Shown here in pieces: positions 1 through 10,357 of a DNA stretch of 64,000 nt. This stretch comes from an uncultured delta proteobacterium. Lineage in GTDB: Bacteria; Desulfobacterota; DSM-4660; Desulfatiglandales; Desulfatiglandaceae. How positions within the stretch are numbered: the first letter of the stretch is position 1; every line of letters starts with the position of its first letter. Location: the NCBI GenBank assembly GCA_963747015.1, contig CAVVEP010000018.1, positions 506 through 64,505 of the forward strand, in the 5' to 3' direction. Both the position numbers and the translations under genes were made by a program. Below the pieces are notes generated by a model, which saw only the letters and a list, made by a program, of their open reading frames with translations, was not told where the DNA came from and did not search any database.

Positions 1-544
1 ACATTTTGGCTGGGCAATCCGGAGCCGCCATTGACAGGCTGACTGATCTTGGAAGATATGGAACCATTTGGCATCATTTCGCCGAGAATCTCCCGGACTT
101 TTGCGGGTGGCGGATTGGCTGGCTGGCGGATGTTTTCCCGTTGTATGCTGGTCTCAGCATCCTTCTGGCTGTGATCATAAACCCGCGTTGGCCTCCGCCC
201 ATGACCATCCCCGCCCTGACGGTCTGATGCTTTCACTGGCCTATTTTGTCATATATCTCATAACGCCCTTGGACATAGATTGGCATCTGCAACACTCCCT
301 GGATCGCCTCATGCTCCAGTTGTTGCCCCTGGGGGCGTTCATCTATTTCGGTTTTCTCGGGAGCGTCATCAGGAATCCAAAAACATTGCGGGCGGCTTCG
401 ACGGGTTGGTGTAAGAAGAACCCGTATAAATCGAAACATCCTGCTTATATGCGTACGAAAGGAAGGTTGAAATGGATTCGGTATCCATTATCATCATCAA
501 CTGGAACGGGGCCAAGCATCTCGAAAAGTGCCTTCGTTCCATAA
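1..544 (+). CDS. C-terminal part of an integral membrane protein with a PMT_2/ArnT-like glycosyltransferase tail. Partial at the left edge, with a frame switch at 225-229.
   Basis: Two hydrophobic ORFs (6-227, and the MLSLAYFVIYLITPLDIDWHLQHSLDRLMLQLLPLGAF part of 68-544) abut at TGATG 225-229. The WHL..SLDRL..QL.P tail is typical of ArnT/PMT-type membrane glycosyltransferases. The 3' limit is uncertain because the ORF reads into the next gene. Confidence 0.35.
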
Positions 545-1802
545 ATGAACTCGATTATCCCAAAGAGAGCTACGAGGTTATTATTTTTGATAACGGTTCC
601 GTGGATGATTCCATTGATATTATCAGGAAGGTGTGCCCCGGCGCCAACATTTTGGAAAGTCGTGAAAACATAGGATTTGCACCACCCCACAGGATCGCCG
701 CGGAAGCTGCAAAGGGAGACGTGTTAGCCTTCTTGAACAATGATACCAGGGTAGACAGCCGGTGGATCAGGGAGGGGATTTCAGTCCTGGACCGTCCAAA
801 AGGGATCGTTTGCTCGGCCTCGAAACTGATGTCGTGGAACGGAAGACATGTGGAATTCAATGGCGGAACGCTTCAGTACCTGGGATATGCGGACCAGTTG
901 ACGGCAAATGATTTGAAGCCCGGAGATGAGATCCTGTTTCCCTGCGGTGGTGCAATGTTTATCTATAAGGATGTATTCAGGGAAGCGGACTGTTTTGATG
1001 ACGATTATTTTGCTATTTTTGAGGACGTTGATCTGGGTTGGCGTCTCTGGGTAATGGGCTACCGTGTGGTCATGGCCCCCGATTCCATCGTGTATCATAG
1101 GGGGCACAGCACGTTAGACAGTCAAAAAGAGACAAAGAAGCGGTTTCTCATGCACAGAAACGCCTTGATGACCATTATCAAGAATTATGATGATGATAAC
1201 TTGAGGAAAATACTGCCTTTGGCCCTGACGCTGGCAGTCAAAAGGGCCCTTCTTTTCATGAACATCGACAAAAAGGGATTTTATTTCTGGGAAGATCAGG
1301 CCCCCCAAGCGGGATACCGCCTAAGTATGAGGAGGGGTGCTTACACCTTGCTGCGCTGGATGATGTTTTTGCGTCATTCCGGGGCCTTGAAAAAAAGAGG
1401 GCGGCCGTCCAGAAAAACAGGAAAAGGGATGACCGTGATATCTTCAAACTTTTTAAGGACCCTTTCAGAAACATCATGGGATACAGTGAATACCTGTGGG
1501 CCGAGAGTTCATTGTTCGGAAGGTTTTCCCTGGACCAACTTTTCGAGTGCGGTGGAGAATACAAGAAAAGAATAGACGAAGGAATATGGCACGCCGAAAA
1601 AAGGTTGGAGGCATTGCACAAAGCCGCGGAAAAGGAAATGCTCTCTTCCGGCGTTGCCGTTGAGGGAACCTCCGAAACGAGACATCTTCTTGGAAAATTC
1701 ACAAGAGCCCTGCTCAAGGAAGGACCTCCTGCGACTATTAAGAAATCATGCGGTTACATGGCAAGAAATCTGAGCCATTGGTTGAAGTACAGAATTTGGT
1801 AG
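472..1802 (+). CDS. Family 2 glycosyltransferase (GT-A fold), with the reading frame broken once near the C6 run at 1301-1306.
   Basis: SIIIINWNG..., IIFDNGSVDDS, FLNNDT and DVDLGWR are GT2 motifs. ORF 472-1575 turns into Arg-rich junk after about 1310. The other frame reads protein-like sequence (PPKYEEGCLHLAALDDVFASFRGLEKKRAAVQ...IFKLFKDPFRNIMGYSEYLW) through to the stop at 1802. Confidence 0.8.
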
Positions 1803-1879
1803 CAAGTTCCGCGTAAAGGGCTTCATAAAGAAAATTGTTCCATAAGAATAATCTTCATTCTGAAATCGGGTGACAGGTT

Positions 1880-3181
1880 TTGGTATTCAGTTCCGTAACT
1901 TTTCTGTTTTATTTTTTGCCGGTTGTTCTTCTTTTCTATTTTTTTCTCCCGTTCAGAAATATTTTTCTGCTTCTGGCAAGTCTGTTTTTTTACGCCTGGG
2001 GGGAAGTGAACTATGTCCTTGTGCTTCTCCTTTCCATTTTGGTGAACTATGCCTGCGGCATTCTTATCGAAAAGCAGTCTTCCTTTTCCGCCAGGCGTTT
2101 TGCCCTCATTCTGGGGGTGGTGGTAAACCTCGGATCCATCTGCTTTTTCAAGTACACCAACTTTCTGGTGGAAAATCTAAACCAGATTTTATCATGGTTT
2201 CATGTCTCCCCGGTTTTTCTGGAGCATAATCATCTTCCATTAGGCATTTCTTTTTTTACCTTCCAGGCCATTTCCTATCTGATCGACGTTTACAGGCGGA
2301 CTTGCAGGGCCGAGAACAATCCGTTGACTCTTGGCCTGTACATCTCCATGTTTCCGCAGCTGGTTGCCGGGCCGATTGTGCGTTTTAACGAAATTGTGGA
2401 ACAGCTTCATGACCGTTCTGTCAATAGTGAGAAATTTGCCCAGGGAGTACGTCGCTTCGTGGTGGGTCTGGGGCAGAAGGTCATTATCGCCAATGCCCTG
2501 GCGGTTCCTGCCGATGCCATTTTTTCCTTGCCGCCTGAAAACCTGACAACCGCCATCGCCTGGACAGGCGCCGCATCCTATACGCTCCAGATCTATTTTG
2601 ATTTTGCCGGATATTCCAGCATGGCCATCGGTCTCGGCCTTATGTTCGGTTTCACGCTTCCCGAAAATTTTAATTATCCCTATATCTCCCGATCTATCAC
2701 GGAGTTCTGGCGGCGCTGGCACATGTCGTTGTCCGGGTGGTTTCGAGACTACCTCTATATCCCCCTTGGCGGGAACCGGCGCGGTGTGGGGAGAACCTAT
2801 CTGAATCTGATCATTGTTTTTTTTCTGTGCGGTTTGTGGCATGGGGCGAGCTGGACCTTTGTGGTGTGGGGGCTTTTCCACGGCGCTTTTTTAGTGCTGG
2901 AAAGAATTGGTTTGGGAAAATGGCTTGGCCGGTCCTGGAGGCCCTTTGGCCACATCTATGTGATGATTGTGGTGATGGTGGGATGGACCTTTTTCCGTGC
3001 GGATAATTTTGATGTTGCCGCCGCCTTTATTACCGCAATGGCGGGTTTTGGGAAAGGGAACGGGATCGTGACCCATGTGTGGCAATTCCTGGATCGTGAA
3101 GTGATCCTGGCCCTTATTTTCGGAAGCATCGGGGCTGCACCTATCATTCCCCTGATAAAACGGTGGCTGATGTCGGGTTGA
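1880..3181 (+). CDS. MBOAT-family membrane O-acyltransferase (AlgI/DltB-like)
   Basis: 433-aa polytopic protein. It has an MVFSSVTFLFYFLP start, FWRRWHMSL, and LCGLWHGASW with the conserved His typical of AlgI/DltB MBOATs. TTG start. Confidence 0.85.
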   Translation: MVFSSVTFLFYFLPVVLLFYFFLPFRNIFLLLASLFFYAWGEVNYVLVLLLSILVNYACGILIEKQSSFSARRFALILGVVVNLGSICFFKYTNFLVENLNQILSWFHVSPVFLEHNHLPLGISFFTFQAISYLIDVYRRTCRAENNPLTLGLYISMFPQLVAGPIVRFNEIVEQLHDRSVNSEKFAQGVRRFVVGLGQKVIIANALAVPADAIFSLPPENLTTAIAWTGAASYTLQIYFDFAGYSSMAIGLGLMFGFTLPENFNYPYISRSITEFWRRWHMSLSGWFRDYLYIPLGGNRRGVGRTYLNLIIVFFLCGLWHGASWTFVVWGLFHGAFLVLERIGLGKWLGRSWRPFGHIYVMIVVMVGWTFFRADNFDVAAAFITAMAGFGKGNGIVTHVWQFLDREVILALIFGSIGAAPIIPLIKRWLMSG

Positions 3182-3348
3182 TTTCGGCCCGGTATGGAAG
3201 TTCGGTGCATCCCCATTCTTCCAGAGGTGCATTGAGACGGTTTCTCTTTCGGCGAATTCTTTTTCTGGTCATTGCCAATCTGGCTGCGAAAACGCATAAC
3301 CCATTTATCTATTTCCGGTTCTGACAGGTTGGTCAAAAAAGGCTTCCT

Positions 3349-4952
3349 ATGGTTCGCTTCTTCGATTATCTATTGATCGCAATTTTCCTGACAGCCATCT
3401 CCGTCCCCGTGGTGGTTCAGTTTACGGGTAAGGAACCGGCTGTTTCCGATGAGGAAAAACGGGAACTGGTTCAACTCCCGAAAACGCCCGCTTCTTTCAA
3501 GGAAGTTCTCGGTTTTCCCCAGGCTTTTACGTCCTATGCGGATGACCGGTTCGGGCTCAGAAAGATGTTTCTGCATCTTGGCAGCAGGTTGCGGTGGATC
3601 CTGGGGTTGAAAATATCGCCCACGGTCTTGGTTGGAAAAAAGGGGTGGTTGTATTTAGGGTTGCACGACAACGTCATTGAACAGTTTCGGGGAATAGACG
3701 TGTTCAGCAGGGATGAACTGGTTTCCTGGGTCCAGAGGATGGTTTCCAGACGCGATTGGCTGCGGGAAAGAGGGATTCCATTTATTCTTGTCGTGGCGCC
3801 CAACAAACACACCATCTATCCGGAGTATTTGCCGATTCGTGTTGGAAACGTCCTGGGAAAGACCCCTCTTGATCAATTGGCGGAATATATTGCCGCCCAT
3901 ACCGATCTGGATTTTGTTGATCTAAGGAAGCCCTTGATGGCTGCCAAGAAGGAGCACAGGGTCTATTACAAGACGGATACCCACTGGAACAATAGGGGCG
4001 GATTTGTAGGATATGAAGAGATTATGAAACGCGTGAGGGACTATTTCCCTGAAGTGAAATCTTTGACATTAAATGATTTTTCTATTGCGGAAGGCATGAT
4101 GTATGATGGTGGCCTTACGCAAATGATCAATTTGAAAGGGAAGATTGGAGAGACCTGGCCTTTTTTCGGCCCAAAATTCAGTTCGCATATCCTGGGGAAC
4201 AAGGCGCCCGGACAGAAAGGGATGTCGGAGCGTATCGATATCGATACGGATCTAAAAGATATGCCGAAGGCCCTCATTTTCGCTGATTCTTTCATGATAG
4301 CCATGACACCCTATTTCGGTGAAACCTTCCATCGCCTTGTCATCGTTCCCCACAAAGGCCTCACATTCGATCCGGCCCTGATAGAAAAGGAAAAGACCGG
4401 ACATTGTGATTTATGAACTGGTGGAACGACTCGTTAGAAATGAGATTCAGGATGATAGGACAGTGCTAAACAGAATTTCCCAGCCGGTTTTGGATGAGAT
4501 TGTGGGGAGTGCGGGGACCCGGATGAAGAACATCCGGTTCGGGGATGGATTCGTTCTGCTCGGGGCCAGATTGCTCGATACCAAAAACGGTAAAACAGTG
4601 CAACTCGTCTGGAAAAGTCTCAAGAAGCAGCCATTATCCTATAGCGTTGCGATTCACCTTATGAACAAGGAAGGAAAGACCCTGTATTGCTTTGATTATC
4701 TCCAGAATAACGGCCAAACAGTTGTCATTCCGGGGGATGCGTGGCTCGATGAGGTCCGTATTGTCAAGTCCATATATGAAAGATGTATCAACCATCGGCA
4801 TTGGAATCTATTCGAGAAAGGATGATAAAGTTGATTTGCTGCCCATAGACCGGGGTCCGAGAGACCTGGGAGGGAAGCGCCTTTTGATCCCTTTACCTAA
4901 AACCCTAAACCCTCAATCTCACAAAAGCCTGCTCGGTTTCTTATGTCCCTGA
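3349..4952 (+). CDS. AlgJ/AlgX-like (DHHW/SGNH-type) polysaccharide O-acetyltransferase partner with a C-terminal extension. Two frame breaks.
   Basis: N-terminal TM helix and a YYKTDTHWNNRG motif (AlgX/AlgJ family). The frame changes at ~4390 (IEKEK | PDIVIYELVERL) and at ~4770 (IVKS | MKDVSTIGIGIYSRKDD...). All three frame segments are protein-like. The stop at 4950-4952 overlaps the RND start. Confidence 0.7.
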
Positions 4953-7900
4953 CCAAATTCGCCATTGAAAGACCCATTGTTGTCCGAATGGTCCTGATCC
5001 TTATTGTGATTTTCGGGGTGTACAGCTATGGGAAAATGCCCAAGTATCTGGACCCGGATATTACGGTGGGAGAAGGGATCGTCTATACGATCTGTCCCGG
5101 ATTTTCTCCGGAAGAAATGGAAAAACTGGTAACCAAGAAAGATTGAAGATGAGCTGGAAGGCATTTCGGATATCAGGCGGTTTGAATCGAGCTCCTTTGA
5201 AAGCACCTCCAAAATTCATGTTTTTTTTAATACGGATCTTTCCGAATATGAGATCGATCAGGCCATGCAGGAGGTTCGGAATGCCGTAGACACTGTGAAT
5301 GACCTGCCGGAAGAGGCCGAGGCGCCCAAGGTGATCGAGATCGATCTGGCCATCTTTCCGGTCTGCATGGTCGGGTTGGCCGGCCGGCTTCCGGTCATGC
5401 AGCTTCAGGATATTGCGGAAGAGATCTCAGACACGCTTGAAACCATCGAAGGGGTATCCAGCGTGGATATCGTGGGGGACAGGGAAAATGAAATCTGGGT
5501 GGAATTGAATCCCCATCGCATGTCCGCCTACGGTGTCACCATTCCCGAGATAGCCAATGCCATTGCCGGTCGTGCCCGAAATCTTCCCGGTGGGTCCCTG
5601 GAGATGGGGGATCACGAAATGGCCATCCGCATGGTGGGTGAACCGTCCGCCCCGGAGAATCTGGGAAACATCGTTCTCAAGAGCTCCGATACGGGCACGG
5701 TGTATCTTCGGGATATTGCAAGAATTACCCCTACCCTGGAAAGACCCTCCACGCTTACCTTCATCGACAACAAACCAGCCCTGGTTCTATCCGATAAAAA
5801 GGAAGAAAAAGACCAACGTGATCCAGATTGTGGATGATGTCAAAAGGCTCATAAAAGATATTCCGTCCCAATATCCGGGATTGAAGACCACGCTCTATTT
5901 TGATCAGTCGCTGGAGATCAAGAAACGCATCAAGGAGCTTGAGACCAATGCGTTTTTCGGGGTTGTTCTGGTGTTCATTATCCTCTGGGCCGCCATGGGG
6001 TTTCGAAACGCCGTTTTCGCCTCCATTGGCATTCCGGTTGCCTTCTTTCTCACCTTCATTATCATGCATGCCTTCGGCCTGTCTATCAATGGCCTGACCC
6101 TCTTCGGCCTGATTCTGGTTCTTGGAATTCTTGTGGATGATGCCATCGTGGTGCTGGAGAATATTTTTCGCCACCTGGAGAAGGGAAAACCGGTTGTAAA
6201 GGCCATCCTGGATGGCTGCCGTCAGGTGCTGGCGCCGGTTTTGGCCTCCGTAACCACGACCATGGTTGCCTTCGTTCCCATTCTGATTATGGTGGGGGGG
6301 ATTATCGGCCGTTATCTGTCTGGTTTGCCCAAAGTGATTATTTTCGCTCTGGCTGCATCCCTGTTTGAAGTCTTTTTCATGCTCCCTTCCCATGTGGCGG
6401 AATTTACGCCCAGCGACATAGCAACAAAGGCTTTGAAGCGGAGATTCGATCTGTTTCGTTATTTTCGCAGGATCTATTTTCCCTTTCTGAAAATGATTCT
6501 TCAGCACCGTTATCTTTCCGTTTTGTTTATAGTGATTTCGACCTGTCTCGCCTTCTTTCTCTATTTTCAGACCGATTTCATCATGTTTCCCAAGAGCGAC
6601 GTGTTCCCGAGGTTTAATATCTGTTACGATCTCCCGGCAGGGTCGAGTCTTGAAAAGAACAAGCAGGTGCTCATGGCCCTTTCCGACCTGATAGAAAAGA
6701 AGATCGGTCCGGATCTTGAGGCGCCCATTGCCGTTGCGGGAATGAAAGAGATCAATTACGAACCGGTCATCGGGAGGCATTATGGGATTCTCAATGTGAT
6801 TTTGAAAGGGAAAGGCGAAAGAAAGCATTCCATCGTGGAACTCATGGAGGGTGTTAGGAACGAAGTGGAAAACCTTCTTCACAAAATGGGCGCCACCGCC
6901 ATTGTGATGGAAAGGCTTATCGAGGGGCCGCCCGTAGGCGCCGACGTGGATCTCAAGATTCAAGCGGTCGACTGGGAGAGCGCTGCCGCCATTTCGCGGC
7001 TCTTGAAAAAGGAATTGAAAAAATATCCCGGGATCGTCGATATACAGGATGATTTTTCCAGGGAAAAGCAGTTCATGGAGATCACCATTGATGAAGCAAG
7101 GGCGAAGATGGCCGGGATTGATCAGAACGATCTGGTTATGTCTGTTCAGTCCGCATTTCACGGAATGAAGGTGGGAACCTACAACGAAGGGGACCGCGCG
7201 CAGGACATTAAACTAAAATATCTTCCTGAATACAGGCGCGATTTTGATGATCTGGTGAATCTGAAAGTAAATCTTCCCGGATACGGGACCCTTGCTTTGA
7301 AAGAGCTGGCCAGCATCAAGCTCGTCCCCGGATTTTATAACATTTCCCACTATAACGGCAAGCAAACGGTACGTGTTACCGCCAACATTCGTGAGGTGCA
7401 GCAGGAAAAGAAAGGGGTTTCCGGATTCCTTTCCAACATCAGCGGGGAAAGGATGACCGCCGTCAAGGCCAACAAGATAGCGATCCACTTTTTTGACCGT
7501 ATCAAGAGGGATTTTCCGGGGGCAAGACTTATCGCGGGCGGGCTTCAGGAGGAGACGGACAGTTCTCTCATGGAACTGGGAGAAGCCGGCATTCTGGCGA
7601 TCTTTCTGATCTTTTTTATCCTTGCCCTTCAGTTCAATTCGGTAACACAGCCTTTTATCATCATGGTTACGATCCCTTTTGCGACCCTTGGGGTGATGGT
7701 AGGGCTTCTCGTGACCAATAACCCGCTTACCTTTGTGACGCTCATCGGTCTTCTTGCCCTGACCGGGATCGTGGTCAACGACTCGCTGGTCCTGATAGAC
7801 TTTATCAACCGGTATCGGAGAGAACATCCGACCCGGCTTTATTTTGCCATTGTAAGGGGGTGCTTCGTGCGCATGCGCCCCATCCTGCTGACATCCCTGA

Positions 7901-8163
7901 CCACCATATGTGGCCTGGCGCCCATGGCTTTCGGTCTGGGAGGGAAATCGGTGTTTTGGGCGCCTCTTGCTACGGCCATCATGTGGGGGCTGGGTTTTTC
8001 GACCATGCTGATCCTCCTTATGGTGCCGGCCTATTACGCGATTTTAGAGGATATCGGTTACCTCATTCGTCACAAAAGGCGGAGAAAGGCGGACGTGCGG
8101 CGCGAGATTGATGAAGCTTTCAAAGATCCGGAAACCGGAGCGCTGTTGAAGTCCGAACAATGA
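4943..8163 (+). CDS. RND efflux transporter (AcrB/AcrD/AcrF family inner-membrane subunit), split into three frames by two indels.
   Basis: MSLTKFAIERPIVV N-terminus. Periplasmic porter and TM domains run continuously across ORFs 4943-5146, 5265-5837 and 5557-8163. Breaks lie at the A-run ~5138 and the A5 run 5806-5810. No MFP or OMP gene is adjacent. Confidence 0.85.
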
Positions 8164-8195
8164 AACAGATATGCAACCATCAAAGGAGAAAAATT

Positions 8196-8495
8196 ATGAG
8201 CAATATCGTTAAGGCAGGTCAGTGGGTCTGGGTAATTGTGCAGGATCCCGAAGGGAATGAACAGTTCCTGGGACAGCGGGATGAAACGAACGGCATTTCT
8301 TTTATTCCCGTATTTCTGGAAAAGGATGATGCCATCCAATGTCTGGGGAGAATGGCGAGGGAAAAAGGAAAAAAACATGAAATCCAGGCAATTATGGCTG
8401 ACGATCTTTTGAAAAACGCATTAGAAAACGGGTTCAGTGTTTATGTGTTAAACAGTGAGGGTGAACCCCTGGAAACATTGCAGGAACATCTTTGA
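8196..8495 (+). CDS. Small conserved hypothetical protein (99 aa)
   Basis: AAAGGAG RBS 8 nt upstream of ATG 8196. Acidic soluble protein (MSNIVKAGQWVWVIVQDPEGNEQFLG...). I do not recognise a family with confidence. Confidence 0.5.
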   Translation: MSNIVKAGQWVWVIVQDPEGNEQFLGQRDETNGISFIPVFLEKDDAIQCLGRMAREKGKKHEIQAIMADDLLKNALENGFSVYVLNSEGEPLETLQEHL

Positions 8496-8727
8496 TGCTA
8501 TCCTATTCAAATTTCCCGGCAGCGAAATAGGGAACCAGGAAGCCATTCCGTCACGAGGTCTTTTTTGCTGCCGCATCTGATTCCTATGGCAGCACCGGCC
8601 CTTCTATGCTGGTACGGAAAAATGGATGGACAATAATAGCTCCCTTGTACCAGCATAGAAGGACCTCTCCACGGATCGGTGGAGGTTTATCCAAGTTGCG
8701 GCAGCAAAAAAGACCTCGTGACTCCAT
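8496..8727 (-). repeat. Copy A of the ~232-bp nested-palindrome repeat family (inverted relative to copies B and C)
   Basis: The outer inverted repeat TCACGAGGTCTTTTTTGCTGCCGC (8551-8574) pairs with 8698-8722. The inner inverted repeat around 8597-8615 pairs with 8647-8668. The conserved tail TATCCTATTCAAATT lies at 8499-8513. About 85-90% of the arms are identical to the copies at 42305 and 45678. Confidence 0.85.
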
Positions 8728-8809
8728 TCGTACCATTGTTTTTGAAAGCAACCCCTCCAAAAAACCTTACGGTATCCCCTTTATCAATCCTTCCTGCCGA
8801 TTATTTATC

Positions 8810-8837
8810 TTGACATGCTCCACTCGAGGTCTATAAT
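8810..8837 (+). promoter_or_regulatory. Near-consensus sigma70 promoter for the oxidoreductase/hdr operon
   Basis: TTGACA (8810-8815), a 16-nt spacer, then TATAAT (8832-8837), about 55 nt upstream of ATG 8892. Confidence 0.6.
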
Positions 8838-8891
8838 TCGGCTTCTTTAAGAAATAAATCTTACTATCACGGGGTTTTGAAGGAAGGGCAT

Positions 8892-9164
8892 ATGAATTTC
8901 TGGCGGGTTCCACTTGATTCCGAAGATATCCAGATCTCCACCGGTATCGTTCACATCCTTGAGGATCGTTGTAAAGGGTGCGGGTACTGCATTGAGTTCT
9001 GTCCCCGGGAAGTCCTCCATTTTTCCTCCCACTTTAATAAGAAAGGTTACCACCCCCCCTCCGTCAAAGTGCCGGAGGCCTGTGTGAATTGCCACTACTG
9101 TGAGATCATATGTCCTGAATTTGCTATTTACTCCATTGAAGCACCCACCACATTGAGCAATTAG
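8892..9164 (+). CDS. 2-oxoacid:ferredoxin oxidoreductase delta subunit (2x[4Fe-4S] ferredoxin)
   Basis: CKGCGYCIEFCP and CVNCHYCEIICP motifs. It sits directly upstream of the alpha/beta/gamma genes. Confidence 0.8.
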   Translation: MNFWRVPLDSEDIQISTGIVHILEDRCKGCGYCIEFCPREVLHFSSHFNKKGYHPPSVKVPEACVNCHYCEIICPEFAIYSIEAPTTLSN

Positions 9165-9188
9165 CAGAAAAACAAAACCGGAGATGCC

Positions 9189-10337
9189 ATGAAAAGAGAG
9201 GTCCTTACAGGGGAGTATTTTATGACGGGAGATGTTGCCTGTGCTGAAGGCGCCATAGCCGCGGGCTGCAGATTCTTCGGAGGATACCCCATCACTCCCG
9301 CCACGGAGATAGCGGAACACATCTCGGGCCGTTTGCCGGAAGTGGGCGGGACCTTCATTCAGATGGAAGATGAAATTGCCGCCATTGCCGCGGTAATCGG
9401 TGCATCCTGCGCCGGCGTCAAGAGTATGACCGCCACCTCGGGACCCGGTTTCAGCCTGATGATGGAAAACATCGGTCTTGCGGTGATTACGGAGACCCCG
9501 TGTGTTATTGTCAACGTGCAGCGGGCCGGTCCTTCCACCGGACTCCCCACGCAGGGGGCGCAGGGAGATATGATGCAGGCAAGGTGGGGGTCCCACGGGG
9601 ACTATCAAATCATCGCCATGGCGCCTTCGTCTCCCCAGGAATTATTCTATCAGACCATCGACGCCTTTAACCTGAGCGAAACCTATCGCGTTCCCGTGTT
9701 CATCATGACGGATGAGATGATCGGTCACCTCAGCGAAAGGGTCGTCATTCCCGAGGCGAAGACCATCAAGACGGTTTCGAGGCCCAAACCAAAAGGCAGG
9801 AAAGACCGTTTCATGCCTTTTGCGCCGGGACCTGATGGTATTGCCCCCATGGCCGCCGCCGGCGAGGGGTACAATATTCATGTAACGGGGCTGACCCATG
9901 ACCAAAAGGGGTATCCCGTCATGACGGTGGATGCCCAAGAGTCCATGATGGCCCAGCTCATGGGGAAAATAAACCGGAACCTGGATCATATCATCCGTAC
10001 GGAATCCTACAGGTTGGAGGATGCGGAGATTGTGGTGGTTTCCTATGGCGTTTCCGCGCGGACGAGCCTGGCTGCCGTGGATGAGGCCCGAGAACAGGGG
10101 ATGAAGGTCGGTTTGCTTCGGCTGATAACCGTGTGGCCTTTTCCCGAGGTGCAGATTCGGGAGCTCTCCAAAAGGGTCAAAGGCTTTCTGACGGTGGAGA
10201 TCAACCTGGGGCAGATCCACCTGGAAGTGGAGCGATGCGCCTGCGGAAGGGCGCCCGCCTTCCTTGTGGGTCACCCGGGAGGTACGATTATTACACCGGA
10301 ACAGGTGGTCGGCAGATTGCACGAACTGTTCTTTTAA
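9189..10337 (+). CDS. 2-oxoacid:ferredoxin oxidoreductase alpha subunit (Kor/Por/Vor family; substrate not assignable from sequence)
   Basis: 382 aa. GDVACAEGAIAAGCRFFGGYPITPATEI and GASCAGVKSMTATSGPGFSLM are typical alpha-subunit motifs. Confidence 0.9.
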   Translation: MKREVLTGEYFMTGDVACAEGAIAAGCRFFGGYPITPATEIAEHISGRLPEVGGTFIQMEDEIAAIAAVIGASCAGVKSMTATSGPGFSLMMENIGLAVITETPCVIVNVQRAGPSTGLPTQGAQGDMMQARWGSHGDYQIIAMAPSSPQELFYQTIDAFNLSETYRVPVFIMTDEMIGHLSERVVIPEAKTIKTVSRPKPKGRKDRFMPFAPGPDGIAPMAAAGEGYNIHVTGLTHDQKGYPVMTVDAQESMMAQLMGKINRNLDHIIRTESYRLEDAEIVVVSYGVSARTSLAAVDEAREQGMKVGLLRLITVWPFPEVQIRELSKRVKGFLTVEINLGQIHLEVERCACGRAPAFLVGHPGGTIITPEQVVGRLHELFF

Positions 10338-10357
10338 TCACCGTAAACAGGAAAAAA

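Noticed and set aside
5557-5805. N-terminal ~80 aa of ORF 5557-8163 (MPLPVVPEIFPVGPWRWG...)
   Set aside because: This is an out-of-frame read of the region that ORF 5265-5837 encodes properly. The true frame switch is at the A5 run 5806-5810.
5761-7161. 466-aa minus-strand ORF, plus shorter ones at 5904-6206 and 7213-7827
   Set aside because: They are antisense to a continuous, strongly AcrB-like coding sequence. Their composition (His/Gly/Asn/Arg-rich, no motifs) is typical of shadow ORFs.
8606-8836. Small ORFs lying inside the 232-bp repeats (8606-8836, 42180-42449, 45555-45854, 45712-45900)
   Set aside because: Their frames are not conserved between repeat copies. The conserved parts are the inverted-repeat arms, and the variable loop disrupts any common peptide.
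8847-9608. 253-aa minus-strand ORF, plus 9642-10322, 12870-14021, 13999-15135, 15193-15768, 16048-16788, 17778-18557 and 18775-19410
   Set aside because: All are antisense to well-supported kor/hdr coding sequence. They are Gly/Arg/Pro/His-rich shadow ORFs with no recognisable motifs.
10133-10357. 5' extension of the beta-subunit ORF, and similarly 27741-27911 for the IclR gene
   Set aside because: The extensions overlap the preceding gene in another frame and translate to low-quality sequence. Internal ATGs with sensible N-termini were chosen instead.
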